64,000 bases of DNA from an uncultured Candidatus Rokubacteria bacterium (GCA_963765195.1 CAVXVV010000040.1:4754-68753), one strand, 5' to 3'. Positions 38,920 through 49,369 are shown, numbered from the stretch's first letter. A program made the numbers and translations. Notes: generated from the letters alone by a model not told the origin.

Positions 38920-40189
38920 GTACACCGAATCATGAATTCGTTCCGGGTTTCCTTGGGGTTCCGGATGCCCTCGCGCTATCGTGGATTCGATGCGGGCGAG
39001 GGGTCGGCGCATGGCGGAACGCCGTGGCCCGAAGCCGCAGCACAAGGTGGCGCTGACGGCACCGGAACATCGGGAGCTCCAACGACTCACCCGGCGTCGC
39101 ACCGCCCCCTATGCGGAAGTGGTGCGGGCGAAGATTCTGCTCCTGGCCTATGAGCACCCGGAGTGGAGCAACGCGGCCATTGCCCGAGCGGTGGGCTGCA
39201 CGGATCGGACGGTGCGCAAATGGCGGGGGCGCAGCCGGGCCGGGCCGGTTCTGCAGGACGCGCCCCGGCCCGGTGGACCACGTTTTTTCCCCCTCAGCGG
39301 TCCGGGCGCAGGTCACCGCGTTGGCCTGCACGCTGCCGCGGGATTCCGGTAAACCGCTCTCTCGCTGGTCGACCGCCGAACTCACCCGCGCGGTCGTCCA
39401 GCGCGGCATCGTCCGGCGCATCTCAGGCGCCACCGTCCAGCGCTGGCTCCAGGCCGACCGCATCAAGCCGTGGCAATACCACAGCTGGCAACGCCCCACC
39501 GACCCGCGCTTCCTCGAACGGGCCATTCCGATTCTGAGCCTGTACGAACGCGCCCAGCGGCTCGCCCGAAGGGGCCACCTCCTCGTCTGCGCGGATGAGA
39601 AGACGTCGATCCAGGCCCGGCGGGCCTGCGGGCCCCTGACACCAGCGCGGCCTGGTCGGCCACTGCACCTGCCGGATCGCTATCAGCGCCGGGGCGCGGT
39701 GCAGCTGTTCGGCGGTCTGGCGGTGCACACCGGCGAGACCCTGGCGCGCTGCTTTGAGCGCAAGCGCTTTGTCGAGTTCCAGAGCTTCCTGCGGATGCTC
39801 TTCGGGAGCGTCTGGTGCCGGCGGATTCGCAGCCTCCACCTGATCCTGGACAACGGCTCCGCGCATGCCCCCAAGCGCCTGCCAGCCTGGCTCACGAGCC
39901 TCGGTCTGCCGTTTCCCGTCCACCTCCATTGGCTGCCGGTGAATGTCTCCTGGCTCGACCAGATCGAGATCGTGTTCAGCGACCTGCAACGCAAGGCACT
40001 CACGCCCAACGACTTTGCGAGCACCGATCACGTGCGTGAGCGCATCCTGGCTTTCTTCGCCGAGCGCAACCGACGGGCTCAACCGATCCGGTGGACCTAC
40101 ACCACCCAGAAGCTTCTGGCCAAAGTCCGCCGTCAGCGGAGGCTGGCGGCGACCGGCTAAACCCGGAACGAATTCATGATTCGGTGTAC
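38920..40189 (+). mobile_element. IS630-family insertion sequence
   Basis: Perfect 31-bp TIRs GTACACCGAATCATGAATTCGTTCCGGGTTT (38920-38950 / 40159-40189), TAA duplicated at 38917-38919 and 40190-40192. Confidence 0.93.
39011..40160 (+). CDS. IS630 transposase in two frames (HTH orfA + DDE orfB) joined at TTTTTTCCCCC near 39283-39293
   Basis: RAKILLLA...TVRKWR HTH; ADEKTSIQA, LILDNGSAH, SWLDQIEIVF DDE motifs. Confidence 0.88.
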
Positions 40190-40194
40190 TAAGT

Positions 40195-40272
40195 CTGACG
40201 CCGACCGCGCTGGGCCTCCAGACGATCCTGGCGAGCTTCCTGATCAGCTTGCTCGGGATGGGCAGACGGTGA
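40195..40272 (+). pseudogene. Orphan 3' gene fragment resembling a GT2 glycosyltransferase C-terminus
   Basis: LTPTALGLQTILASFLISLLGMGRR* with coding-like codon usage and no start. Confidence 0.4.
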
Positions 40273-40524
40273 GCTTCGCGACGGTGCGGCTCTGCCCCCC
40301 GGTGACCCTCACTCGAAGCCGTCGATCTCGGCGACCCACGGCCGCTCCGCGGCCCCGTCCGGCGTGAGCCGCACGTGACGCACCTCGGCCGGCGGAAAAG
40401 GTCACGGCCCACTCGTCCGCGCCGTCGCCGACGAACTTGGCGCCGGACGGTCGGGAAGTCGATCCCGGCCGTCCGGCGCCGACTACGGCTACGCCGGAAC
40501 TACAGCCTGACGCGGATGACGGTC

Positions 40525-41908
40525 CTACGCGGGCAACACCGCCTTGATCGAGGCGCGCACGGTCTCCAGCACGCGGTCGATCTGCTGCTCGGTGATGACG
40601 AGCGGCGGCGAGAAGAAGATCATCTCGGCGACCGAGCCGTCCGGCACGGGATAGCTCCGGATGCGGGTCGCGAAGCCGCGCTTCTCCATGTCGCGGCGCA
40701 TGCGGAGCCCGACCTTCTGGTCGGCCGGGAAGCCCGCCTTGGTCGTCCGGTCCGACGACGAGCTCGATCGCCGCGATCAGGCCCTTGCCGCCGCGCACGT
40801 CGCCGATGGCCGGGAGCTCCTTCTGGAGCTCGAGGAGCCCCTGGTAGAGGCGCGTCCCCAGCTTGGCCGAGCGCTCCCAGAGCCGCTCCCGCTCCATGAT
40901 GGCGATGTTCGCGAGCCCGACCGCGCAGCACATGGGATGCCCCGAGTAGGTGTACGCGTGCATCCACCGGTCCTCGGGCTTGACCGAGTTCATCGTCTCG
41001 AAGATGTCGCGGTTCACGACGATACCTCCGAGCGGCGCATAGCCGGAGGTCACCGCCTTCGCGAAGGACTGGATGTCCGGCTGGACGTTCCAGTGGGTCA
41101 GCGCGAACCACTGGCCGGTCCGGCAGAAGCCGGTGATGACCTCGTCGGCGATGAAGAGGACGTCGTGCTTCGTGCAGATCTCGCGGATCCGCGGGAAGTA
41201 GTCGTCCGGCGGCACGATCACGCCGCCGCCGCCGATGATCGGCTCCGCGATGAAGGCCGCCACCGTGTCGGCGCCCTCCCGCAGGATCGCCTCTTCCAGC
41301 TCCCGGGCCGCCGCCTGGCCCACCGTCTCGCCGGGCTTCGCGCCCTGGAAGCGGTAGGGGTACGGCGCCTGGATGTGGAGGAAGCCGGGCACGCGCGGCT
41401 CGAACATCTTCCAGAAGGGGGCCATGCCGGTGGCGCTCATCGCCTGGAGGGTGACGCCGTGGTACGCGTTCTGCCGGGCGATGACCTTGACCTTGTTCGG
41501 CTTGCCCTTCGCCTTCCAGTAGAAGCGGGCGGTCTTGAAGGCCGACTCGTTCGCCTCGGCGCCCCCGCAGGTGAAGTAGACGGCCGCCATGTTCGTGTAG
41601 GACAGGCTCACGATCTTGGTGGCGAGCTCCACGGCGGGGATGTTGGAGTAGCCCACGTAGTTCGAGTAGTACGCGAGCGTCTTCATCTGGTCGGCCGCAG
41701 CCTTCGCGAGCTCGTCGCGGCCGTGCCCGACGCTCACGTTCCAGAGGCCGGCCAGGCCGTCGATGTACTCCTGGCCGTTGATGTCCTTGATGACCGCGCC
41801 CTTCCCTTCCACGATCACCATGGGCTCGGCAGCCTCGGACGAGTGATGCTGCGGGTGGATGAGGTGGGCCTGGTCGTTCTTGACGAGATCGGACGCCGCC
41901 ATGGTCAT
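40525..41908 (-). CDS. Class III aminotransferase (frameshift near 40755)
   Basis: DGLAGLWN, YHGVT, AEPIIGGGG, ADEVITGF, AKAVTSGY, YTYSGHP; C-terminus ...VRASIKAVLPA* in a second frame. Confidence 0.9.
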
Positions 41909-42375
41909 CGAGAGTCCTCCAGCATTGCCACGGTATTAGTGCCACGCGCGCCCGCGAGGTGGACGCGCCAGTCGCCAGATTCGACCCGGGGCCCGCGGCC
42001 GGCCGCCGCCCCGAATCGCTCGTTGTACGCGTAGACCCAGGCTTCGCGCGCCTCCGCGACCGCCCCGTGCACGGCCACGGTGCGCCGCACGTAGAGGCTC
42101 CCGGCCTCGTCGGCGGGGTCGTACCACTCCTCGCGATCCAGAACGGGCAGCCGCGCGGGCAGGTCCGGCACGCGATAGAGCTCGCCCGCGACCCAGCCGC
42201 CGTCGTCGAGCACGAGGCCGGGATAGTCGCCGAAGTGGTAGAGGGAGCCGCGAATGCGCCCGCGCCCTTCGAGGAGCGCGGCGCCGAGGAGCGGACGTCG
42301 CGAGAAACCCGTCATCAGCGTGCCATAGGTGAAGAGCCGGTCCGGACCCGGAGCGGAATCGGCACCGGCCGCCAT
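41905..42375 (-). CDS. Gamma-glutamylcyclotransferase (AIG2-like)
   Basis: LFTYGTLM, YPGL, VAGELY, LDREE, AWVY, SGDW. Confidence 0.85.
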   Translation of the reverse strand: MAAGADSAPGPDRLFTYGTLMTGFSRRPLLGAALLEGRGRIRGSLYHFGDYPGLVLDDGGWVAGELYRVPDLPARLPVLDREEWYDPADEAGSLYVRRTVAVHGAVAEAREAWVYAYNERFGAAAGRGPRVESGDWRVHLAGARGTNTVAMLEDSR

Positions 42376-42527
42376 CACGGCGGTCATTGTAGCAGCGGGG
42401 TCAGACCGCGTCGAGGCGGGCGCGTCCCCCGCCCCGTGGTTGACGCGGCCGCGGTCCAGCGGTTCCACTACGGTCCGCGGGGCGCCGCGGACGAGAGCCG
42501 CGGGCGAGACGAACCCTTCAAGCCTAG

Positions 42528-44222
42528 CCTGACTTATTCGCGAAGGCACGCACGACATGAGTCGCACGGCTCTGGTAGACGCCACGATCGCATCTGACGG
42601 CCTCCCGAAGGTCGACTCGGCCAAGATGTTGACCGATGCCGACCGGCGCGGCGTGGTGGGCCGTCAACGAGCCGCAGGCTGGAGGGCCGGGCCGTGACAC
42701 CACTCCCGCGGGCGTGCGGACGGGCTGGGGGAGCGGCGCGGCGGTTAGCCGGCCCGGGCGCCGACCGCCCGCGCCACCTGACGCCACGGACCGAGCCAAG
42801 GGAAGGCCCGCGGGAAATGCAGCACGATCCGGCGCGCCGAGCGCGTGATCCAGACCGCGAGCTTGATCAGCCGTTCCCGCAGCGTCGCGACCTGGGCGCC
42901 GGCGCAGGCCGTGCTCTGAGCCTGCTGCTGCAGAGTCTGGAAGAGGATGTACGCGGTTGCCGTCAGCAGGACGCGGACCTGATTGGCCAAGAACCGGGGA
43001 CAACTGGTCCGGCCCAGGCCGAGACTGTCCTTGAGCTCTTTGTGCCGATTCTCCACGTCGCCCCGCTGGCGGTAGACCGCGTAGACCGCCTCGGGCGCGA
43101 GCGGCAGATTGGTCACGACGAAGCGCGGATTGTCGCGCGGGGCGCGGCCGGGATACTGCACCACCTCGGCCTTCATGATCACGCGACGCTTGCGATGCCA
43201 GCTCTTGGCCGCGTAGCGCGTTTCCCCGAACACCGCTATGGAGTGGCCGGTGGTGCGGAACAGCACGCGGGCGCGTCCCCGCAGGCGACGGACGCGCTTG
43301 TCGAGACGCACATTGCCGGGCAGGCCCACGACGTATTCGACCCCCGCCCGATCGAGAAACGCGAGGAGCGTGGGGCCGGCGAAGCCGCCATCCAGCCGGA
43401 CCCGCAGCGAGGCGCGCGGGAAGGCTCGCCGCAGCATCCGGACCAGCCAGCGGAGCCGGCCGATCGCCCCGCGGCCAGCGGGGGCGTTGCCTGGCCGCAG
43501 GACGATCCCTGCCAGGTACTGGATCGGCTCGTCGTCGAAGGTCAGGGTCGCGACCAGCGGCAGATAGCACGCCGTGTCGTAGTGGCCGTTGAAGAAGCTC
43601 AGCTCCTGCTGGCCGTGCGTCGGATCGTCGGTCGGGTCCAGATCGATCGTGATCCGCCGCGCCCGGCCGTGGAGGCGCCGGCGATGGTGGGCGATGACCG
43701 TCCGGGCCAGGCCCCACCCCATGCGGATCAGATCGCGCCGGCCGAGGCCATTCTCGAAGCGCGAGAGCGTCGGCTGCGAGCCGAGCGCCGGCCCGGTCAG
43801 CGGCTCGCGGTCGAGGACCAGCTTGTGCAGCGGGTCGTCGGCGAGCCGGGCGGCGTCGTTGCCATCGAAATAGCCCGCCGCCAGGCCAAAGACTCGCTGC
43901 CGGACCAGGTCCAGGATCGAGTGCGCGACCTTCCCCGGTTGCCGCGGATCCGACAAGCACTGGGCCACGGCCTCCGTCAGGCGCAGCCGCTCGTCCACGG
44001 CCTTGAGCAGCACGAGCCCACCGTCCGAGCTGGCGTGGGGCACGTCGAACCGGGCCACGACCGGCGACCGGACGCCCTGGTATCGGAAGGTCAGCTGCGC
44101 TATACAGTGTGTAGCCATCGAGCCTCCTTGGCCGCGTGCATAGAAACGTCCAATCACCGCTTCTATAGCACTGGTGAGGGGCTCGGTGGCCTTTGTCTTT
44201 CATCGTTCGCGAATAAGTCAGG
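42528..44222 (-). mobile_element. IS1380-family insertion sequence
   Basis: 17-bp TIRs CCTGACTTATTCGCGAA, flanked by CTAG at 42524-42527 and 44223-44226. Confidence 0.92.
42745..44157 (-). CDS. IS1380 transposase (true start probably ATG at 44118)
   Basis: SSDGGLVLL, DLDPTDDPTHGQQE, RLDGGF, YRQRGDVENRHKELK. Confidence 0.93.
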   Translation of the reverse strand: MIGRFYARGQGGSMATHCIAQLTFRYQGVRSPVVARFDVPHASSDGGLVLLKAVDERLRLTEAVAQCLSDPRQPGKVAHSILDLVRQRVFGLAAGYFDGNDAARLADDPLHKLVLDREPLTGPALGSQPTLSRFENGLGRRDLIRMGWGLARTVIAHHRRRLHGRARRITIDLDPTDDPTHGQQELSFFNGHYDTACYLPLVATLTFDDEPIQYLAGIVLRPGNAPAGRGAIGRLRWLVRMLRRAFPRASLRVRLDGGFAGPTLLAFLDRAGVEYVVGLPGNVRLDKRVRRLRGRARVLFRTTGHSIAVFGETRYAAKSWHRKRRVIMKAEVVQYPGRAPRDNPRFVVTNLPLAPEAVYAVYRQRGDVENRHKELKDSLGLGRTSCPRFLANQVRVLLTATAYILFQTLQQQAQSTACAGAQVATLRERLIKLAVWITRSARRIVLHFPRAFPWLGPWRQVARAVGARAG

Positions 44223-44234
44223 CTAGGAGGACTC

Positions 44235-44642
44235 ATGGCGCCTCACGCCCGTATCACGGCGGCGCTTCTGGCCGCGATGTGGCTCGCCGCCGGATCGCTC
44301 GCGGGAGCCCAGCCGACCGGCGAGGGCGCGAAGTTCTACGCGGAGTACCGGGCCGCCTTCGCGAAGGCCAAGGCCGTGGAGGACGTCCTGCCGTACCTCT
44401 CGAAGAGCCGCGTCGCGATGGTGGACAAGACGCCGAAGGAGGACCGCGCCAAGATGTTCGGCCTCATGAAGGCGCTGGATGTGCAGGACGTCAAGGTGCT
44501 GAAGGAATCGAGGACGGAGACGGGCTACGTGCTGGAGGCCGTGGGCAAGGGCGGGATGGGACCCGGGGACGCGAAGGGCACGATCAGCATCGTGCGGGAG
44601 GCCGGCAAGCTGAAGCTCGACAGGGAGAGCTGGAAGCAGTAG
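44235..44642 (+). CDS. Secreted hypothetical protein
   Basis: Signal-peptide-like N-terminus; GGAGG RBS. Confidence 0.8.
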   Translation: MAPHARITAALLAAMWLAAGSLAGAQPTGEGAKFYAEYRAAFAKAKAVEDVLPYLSKSRVAMVDKTPKEDRAKMFGLMKALDVQDVKVLKESRTETGYVLEAVGKGGMGPGDAKGTISIVREAGKLKLDRESWKQ

Positions 44643-44687
44643 CCCGCGCGGGCGGGCGCGGCCCGGCGACGGTCCCGCCGCCCCGGG

Positions 44688-46679
44688 CTATCCCGCGTCC
44701 GGGCCTCGCGGCTCGGCGACGGGCTCCTCGTGCTCGTCGGCGAAGTCGATGGCGATGCGGCGCCAGTCCTCCTGGATCCGGAGGAAGGCGTCGACCATGT
44801 CGGGGTCGAAGTGGACGCCCCGCCCCGCCACGATGGCCTGGACGACCTCGTCGTGGGACAGCGCGCCCTTGTAGACCCGCGCGCTCGACAGCGCGTCGTA
44901 GACGTCGACCAGCGCGACCATCCGCCCGGCGATCGGGATGGCCTCGCCCCGCAGACCCTCGGGGTAGCCGGAGCCGTCCCACCGCTCGTGGTGGGAGTAG
45001 ACGATCTCCTTCGCGAGCTTCAGCAGGACGTCGTCGCGCACGCCGACCCGCTCCTCGGTGCGCGCGATCACGTCGCGCCCGTAGATCGGATGCCGCGACA
45101 TCTCCTCCCGCTCGTCGTCGGAGAGCGGGCCGGACTTCCGGAGCGTCCGGTCCGGGACCCCGACCTTGCCGATATCGTGGATCGGCGCCAGCCGCGCGAT
45201 GAGATCGACGGTCTCCGGCGTGAGGAACTTCCGGAACCTCGGGTGCGACGCGAGCGTCTCGCCGAGCGCCCGGGCGTAGCGGCTGCACCGGACGAGGTGC
45301 GCGCCGGTCTCGAAGTCCCGGGTCTCGGTCAGCGAGGTGAGGGCGTGGAGGATCATCTCGCGCGCCGTGCGGAGCTGGCGGTTGCTCTGGTCGGCGCGCG
45401 CGCGCTCGGCGACCAGCCGGTGGAGCGCGGCGAGCCCCAGGGCGCCGGTGAGCGCGAGCGTCGGGAACAGGGGCGAGATGTACCAGCCGCGGGCGCCCAG
45501 CAGCCAGCCGGCGCCGAGCCACAGCAGGAGCGCTCCGCCGAGCGCCAGCGGCAGCGCCCACCGCCACCCGAGCCCGAGGACCGCGAGGGCCGCCCCGACC
45601 GCGGCGACGAAGACCAGCGCGAACTCGGCGACGGTTCCGCCCGCCGGGCGCCGGACGAAGTCGCCCTGCAGGAGATTGTCCACCACCGTTGCGTGGACCT
45701 CGGCGCCGGGGAGGAACGAGCCGAGCGGCGTCGCCATCATGTCGCCCAGCCCGAGGGCGGACACGCCCACGAACACGATCCGCCCGCGGAGCACCTCCGG
45801 AGCCGCCCGCTCCCGCAGCACGTCGATCGCCGAGACCCGCAGGAACGTGCCCGCGGGGCCGCGGAAGCGCACGAGCACGCTCCCGTCGGCGTCGAGCGGG
45901 ATCTCGCGGTCGCCGAGCCAGAGGGCCGGCCACCCCGCGGTGGGATCGGTGAGGGCGAGCCGATCGGCGGCCAGGCCCGCGCGGGCCGTGGCGAGCGCGA
46001 GGCTCGGGTAGATCTCGCCGCCCAGCTCGACGATCTGCGGCATCCGCCGGAGAATGCCGTCGGCGTCGGCCGACGCGTTCATGAAGCCCGACGAGGCCGC
46101 CGCCGCCTCGAGGGGCCCCAGGCTGCAGAGGACGCCCGACGCCCGCGGCACCCGCGTGAGGGCGCCCCCCGCGCCGCGCGCAAGGCCGATCGAGCGGAGC
46201 CGGCACGGGCGGTCGACGGGACGGTCGAAGGTGAAGGCATAGCCGAGCACGACCTTGCCGCGGCCGAGCGCCGCTTCGAGCGCCGCGTCCCGCGGCGACA
46301 GCGCGGCCCCGCCCGCCGCCGGGCCGCCGGCGCCGCCGTCACCGCTGGCATCGGCCTCCGCGAAGAGGATGTCCAGCCCGATCGCCGTCCCGCCGAGGGC
46401 GCGGATCCGGTCGAGGAGGGCCGCCACGCGGTCGCGGGGCCACGGCCAGCGCCCGGCCTCGGCCAGGCTCCGCTCGTCGACCTCGACGAGGGCCACGCGC
46501 CCGGACGGCGCGCGGAGCGGCGCGGCGACCGCCAGCCGATCGTAGACGGCCAGATCGGCCCGGGAAAGGAGCGCGGGCCGCCAGAGGTGGAGCCCCGCCA
46601 CCAGCGCGGCGAGCCCGAGGCACGCGCCGAGAAGCCGGAGGGGCGACGGCCCCCGGCCGGCGGCGGCACCCAGAATCAT
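44688..46679 (-). CDS. CHASE2 + HD-GYP domain c-di-GMP phosphodiesterase
   Basis: VDERSL..GRWPWPR, DILFAE, DADGILRR, PGAEVHA; HDIGK and HHERWDGSGYPEGL. Confidence 0.9.
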   Translation of the reverse strand: MILGAAAGRGPSPLRLLGACLGLAALVAGLHLWRPALLSRADLAVYDRLAVAAPLRAPSGRVALVEVDERSLAEAGRWPWPRDRVAALLDRIRALGGTAIGLDILFAEADASGDGGAGGPAAGGAALSPRDAALEAALGRGKVVLGYAFTFDRPVDRPCRLRSIGLARGAGGALTRVPRASGVLCSLGPLEAAAASSGFMNASADADGILRRMPQIVELGGEIYPSLALATARAGLAADRLALTDPTAGWPALWLGDREIPLDADGSVLVRFRGPAGTFLRVSAIDVLRERAAPEVLRGRIVFVGVSALGLGDMMATPLGSFLPGAEVHATVVDNLLQGDFVRRPAGGTVAEFALVFVAAVGAALAVLGLGWRWALPLALGGALLLWLGAGWLLGARGWYISPLFPTLALTGALGLAALHRLVAERARADQSNRQLRTAREMILHALTSLTETRDFETGAHLVRCSRYARALGETLASHPRFRKFLTPETVDLIARLAPIHDIGKVGVPDRTLRKSGPLSDDEREEMSRHPIYGRDVIARTEERVGVRDDVLLKLAKEIVYSHHERWDGSGYPEGLRGEAIPIAGRMVALVDVYDALSSARVYKGALSHDEVVQAIVAGRGVHFDPDMVDAFLRIQEDWRRIAIDFADEHEEPVAEPRGPDAG

Positions 46680-46755
46680 GATGGCCCCCATCGTACCCCA
46701 GCGCGGACCAGGTTTGACCCGAAGGCCGGGATCGCGATACCGTTGATGCATCGAC

Positions 46756-48510
46756 ATGGTCGGGAGCGAGACCGTCCGACGCTGGGTGGACGACGCCGCG
46801 CGGCTGTGTCGGCCGGACGATGTCGTCTGGTGCGATGGCTCCGAGGACGAGCGGGAGCGCCTCACCCAGGCCGCGGTCCGGGCCGGCGAGCTCCTCCCCC
46901 TGGACCAGGGGAAGCTCCCGGGCTGCTACCTCCACCGGAGCGCCCCGAACGACGTCGCCCGCACCGAGCACCTCACCTTCATCTGCTCGCGCGAGAAGGA
47001 CGACGCCGGCCCCACCAACAACTGGATGGCGCCCGCCGAGGGCTACGACCGCCTCGGCAAGGTCCTGGACGGCTCGATGGCCGGGCGGACGATGTACGTC
47101 ATCCCGTTCCTCATGGGCCCGCCCGGCTCCCCGTTCAGCCGGGTCGGCGTCCAGGTGACGGACAGCCGCTACGTCGTCCTCAACATGCGGATCATGACGC
47201 GCATGGGGCGGGTCGCCCTCGACCACCTCGGCGAGTCCGACGACTTCACGCGGGGCCTCCACTCGACGGCGGACCTGGACGTGGAGCGGCGCTTCATCTG
47301 CCACTTCCCCGACGACCGCACGATCTGGAGCGTGGGCTCGGGCTACGGCGGGAACGCCCTGCTCTCCAAGAAGTGCATGGCGCTCCGCATCGCGAGCGAC
47401 GTCGGGCGGCGCGAGGGGTGGCTCGCCGAGCACATGCTCATCGTCGGGATCGAGAGCCCGGACGGCGAGATCACCTACGTGTGCGGCGCGTTCCCGAGCG
47501 CGTGCGGCAAGACGAACCTCGCGATGCTCACGCCGCCGCCGTCCATGAAGGGATGGAAGATCCACACGGTCGGCGAGGACATCGCCTGGCTCCGGCCCGG
47601 GCCGGACGGCCGGCTCTGGGCGGTGAACCCGGAGAACGGGTTCTTCGGCGTGGTGCCCGGCACCAACTCCCACACCAACCGGAACGCGACCGACACGATC
47701 CGGCGCGACACGATCTACACGAACGTCGCGCTCCGGCCCGACAACACGGTGTGGTGGGAAGGCCACGACGACCCGCCGCCGGCCTCCGCGATCGACTGGC
47801 GCGGCCGGCCGTGGACGCCCCAGAGCGGCGAGGCGGCTGCGCACCCGAACAGCCGCTTCACGGTCCCCGCGACGCGCTGCCCGACGATCTCCTCCGAGTG
47901 GCAGGCGCCCGAGGGCGTCCCGATCAGCGCGATCCTGTTCGGGGCCCGCCGCCGCGCCCTCATCCCGCTCGTGTTCCAGTCCTTCAACTGGCAGCACGGC
48001 ACGTTCCTGGGGGCGACGCTCGCGTCCGAGACGACGGCCGCGGCCACCGGCGCCGTCGGCGTGGTGCGCCGCGATCCGATGGCGATGCTCCCCTTCTGCG
48101 GCTACAACATGGCCGACTACTGGGGACACTGGCTCGAGGTCGGGAAGCAGCTCGCGCGCCCGCCGAAGATCTTCCGCATCAACTGGTTCCGGCGGGACGC
48201 CGAGGGGCGTTTCATGTGGCCCGGCTTCGGCGAGAACCTCCGCGTCCTCGAGTGGATCGTCGATCGCTGCCGCGACAGCGGCAAGGCCGAGGAGACGCCG
48301 ATCGGCTATCGCCCTGCGCCCGGCGCCATCCCGACCCACGGCCTCGACCTCGCGCCCGGCGCCATGGCGGAGCTCCTCCACGTCGACCGCGAGGGCTGGC
48401 AGGGGAACCACCGGAACCAGGCCGAGTTCTTCCAGAAGTTCGGGGACCGCCTGCCGCGCGGCATCCGCGCGGAGTGGGAGGGTCTCGGCAGCCGCCTCCG
48501 CGCCCGCTGA
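46756..48510 (+). CDS. pckG: Phosphoenolpyruvate carboxykinase (GTP)
   Basis: GSGYGGNALL.KKC, AFPSACGKTNLAM, AHPNSRF, DPMAMLPFCGYNM, WPGFGEN. Confidence 0.97.
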   Translation: MVGSETVRRWVDDAARLCRPDDVVWCDGSEDERERLTQAAVRAGELLPLDQGKLPGCYLHRSAPNDVARTEHLTFICSREKDDAGPTNNWMAPAEGYDRLGKVLDGSMAGRTMYVIPFLMGPPGSPFSRVGVQVTDSRYVVLNMRIMTRMGRVALDHLGESDDFTRGLHSTADLDVERRFICHFPDDRTIWSVGSGYGGNALLSKKCMALRIASDVGRREGWLAEHMLIVGIESPDGEITYVCGAFPSACGKTNLAMLTPPPSMKGWKIHTVGEDIAWLRPGPDGRLWAVNPENGFFGVVPGTNSHTNRNATDTIRRDTIYTNVALRPDNTVWWEGHDDPPPASAIDWRGRPWTPQSGEAAAHPNSRFTVPATRCPTISSEWQAPEGVPISAILFGARRRALIPLVFQSFNWQHGTFLGATLASETTAAATGAVGVVRRDPMAMLPFCGYNMADYWGHWLEVGKQLARPPKIFRINWFRRDAEGRFMWPGFGENLRVLEWIVDRCRDSGKAEETPIGYRPAPGAIPTHGLDLAPGAMAELLHVDREGWQGNHRNQAEFFQKFGDRLPRGIRAEWEGLGSRLRAR

Positions 48511-48523
48511 CGCGAGCGGGCGG

Positions 48524-49369
48524 TCATTCCAGCCGGTAGCGCTTGTCCCGGATGAAGGCCCCGAAGTCCGCGCGCTGCGGCTCGCTGTACTGCCGCGCCT
48601 TGTCCTCGCTCCAGCCGTAGCGCTCGGCCGTGCCGAAGCGCTCAGTCAGGCGCTGCCGGCGGTACGGGCGCTCGCGGATCCGCCGCTCGTCGTAGGCGTC
48701 GAGCTCGCGATCGACCCGCGCCGCGTCGTAGCGTCCGTCGTGCACGGTTGCGCTCAGCGCGAGGCGCGGGCTGAGAGGCTCGAGCGCTTCCGGCCAGCCC
48801 AGCGTCAGGCCGGCGATCGGGAAGACCCAGTCGGGCAGCCCGAGCCGCTCGGCGACCGCGGCCGCGTGGTTGCGGATCTCGCTGATGGGACAGGTCCCGA
48901 GCCCGGCGAGCCCCGCGGCCTGGACGAACGTCGAGAGCACGATGGCGCCGTCGACCGCCGCGTTGAAGAAGGCGTCGAGGTGCTCGTTCGGGAACGCGCG
49001 CCCGCGCCGCGCGAACACGCGCCGCAGGCGGAAGCCGTCGCCGCAGAAGACCAGGAACTCCGGCGCGCCGGGGATCCACGGCGACCCGGGAAAGAGCGCG
49101 TCGATGGCCGCCCGGTCCGCGCCCGGCGCCACCCGCACCACGCTCGCCTGCTGGAGGTCGCTCTTCGTCGGCGACGCGAGCGCGGTCGCGCACAGGAGCC
49201 GCAGCAGCGCCGGCGGGACCGGATCGGCGCGATAGCGGCGGCAGACGGCCCGCTCGTTCATGACCGCGAGCGCGTCGCGCCCAGGGAGGTCGTCGGCGAC
49301 GCCGGCCGCCTCGCCGTACCGGCGCTGGATGGCGGTGGCGATGCGAGTCGAGGCCGGCGTGGTTTTCAT
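48524..49369 (-). CDS. Nitroreductase family protein
   Basis: SPTKSDLQQ, FFNAAVD, GLGTCPIS, PRL; GGAGAG RBS. Confidence 0.88.
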   Translation of the reverse strand: MKTTPASTRIATAIQRRYGEAAGVADDLPGRDALAVMNERAVCRRYRADPVPPALLRLLCATALASPTKSDLQQASVVRVAPGADRAAIDALFPGSPWIPGAPEFLVFCGDGFRLRRVFARRGRAFPNEHLDAFFNAAVDGAIVLSTFVQAAGLAGLGTCPISEIRNHAAAVAERLGLPDWVFPIAGLTLGWPEALEPLSPRLALSATVHDGRYDAARVDRELDAYDERRIRERPYRRQRLTERFGTAERYGWSEDKARQYSEPQRADFGAFIRDKRYRLE

